Assembly: GCA_976226885.1 (NCBI GenBank)
Contig: OZ320314.1
Coordinates: forward strand, 67,518,001 to 67,582,000
Reading direction: 5' to 3'
DNA length: 64,000 nt
From: Iphione sp. A-MEVVRFRX5
Taxonomy: Eukaryota
Position 1 is the stretch's first letter; each line of letters opens with the position of its first letter. Under the pieces are notes generated by a model that did not search any database, was not told where the DNA came from, and saw only the letters and a program-made list of their open reading frames with translations. The position numbers were made by a program, and so were the translations under genes. Below, piece after piece: positions 63,339 to 64,000 of the stretch.

Positions 63339-64000
63339 CCGAGGGCCCGCCCCAACCGGACCCCTCTATACCGGAATATCACCGTTACCGGATGGTTTTT
63401 TAATTCCCAATTATTTCTCTATATTAAGTACACTATTTAACCGGAGACCCCGTCTCCGGATTCGGACGAAATTTAGCTGCATTCCAGAGCGTTTAACATA
63501 GTAAAATCATTCAGTTAACCGGAGGAGTGTTGTGAGAGTCGCCTTATCGTCTCTGCGCGACAAGGGTGAACCAATGACAATGGATAGGGGTCTGTTTGAA
63601 GTACACACGTGGTGAGCTCCTAAAGGAAGAAACAACAGAGCGCAGAGCGGCTGACAGAGGGTCAAAGTCAAATACAGACGTGCGAAACCATTATGTAAGA
63701 GCTACATGCCAGCCAGACCCTCCTAAAGGAAGAGAAAACAGAGCGCAGAGAACAAAGAAATGATAGACTCTCCCTGAAATTTGCCGTTTTTTGTCACTTT
63801 CTCCTTGAAATTTGCCAGTTTTTGACACTTTCTCCATGGAATATGCCTCAATCTTCATGAATTTTGCCGTTTTTTGTCACTTTCTCCTTGAAATTTGCTG
63901 TTTTTGCCGTTTTTTGTCACTTTCTCCATGGAATATGCCTCAATCTCCATGAATATCGATTATGCTCCCATACTTTACTATTATGACAGTTTTCCCCACC
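63339..64000. mobile_element. Second, oppositely oriented copy of the 20572-21384 MITE (runs off the window)
   Basis: ta|CCGAGGGCCCGCCCCAACCGGACCCCTCTATACCGGAA matches the reverse complement of the 21384 end. It shares the 104-bp and 51-bp unit sequences. Confidence 0.9.

Overview
Eukaryotic (animal) genomic DNA from a draft assembly with three N gaps. It is probably from a lophotrochozoan such as a polychaete annelid, which is inferred from the gene family at 6.4-15.2 kb. I found no prokaryotic genes, CRISPR arrays, rRNA or convincing tRNA. Main contents: (1) 1-~5850, minus strand: a young, apparently intact CR1/L2-group LINE with three separate ORFs. These are an ORF1 (coiled coil + RRM-like domain) fused to a C-terminal NADAR/YbiA domain, a stand-alone SGNH esterase ORF, and an endonuclease-RT ORF2 that runs off the window edge. 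This is the most unusual object in the window. (2) 6454-15167, plus strand: five 3' exons of a single-pass membrane protein (CUB-like domain, Cys-rich sushi-like module, TM helix, Tyr-motif tail). (3) 42783-20052, minus strand: a complete 9-exon, 303-codon ANKRD29 homolog with a 17.5 kb second intron and a dense TAGGCCTA cluster around its 5' end. (4) 51385-~53755: a 5'-truncated second LINE. (5) 54258-62566: a full-span but decayed Ty3/Gypsy element with 242-bp LTRs, a tRNA-Leu PBS, an RNase H deletion and a long extra 3' ORF containing a C2H2 finger. (6) Several MITEs, minisatellites and microsatellite blocks. Most short ORFs in the supplied track are spurious. All family assignments come from motif recognition by eye; no searches were run.
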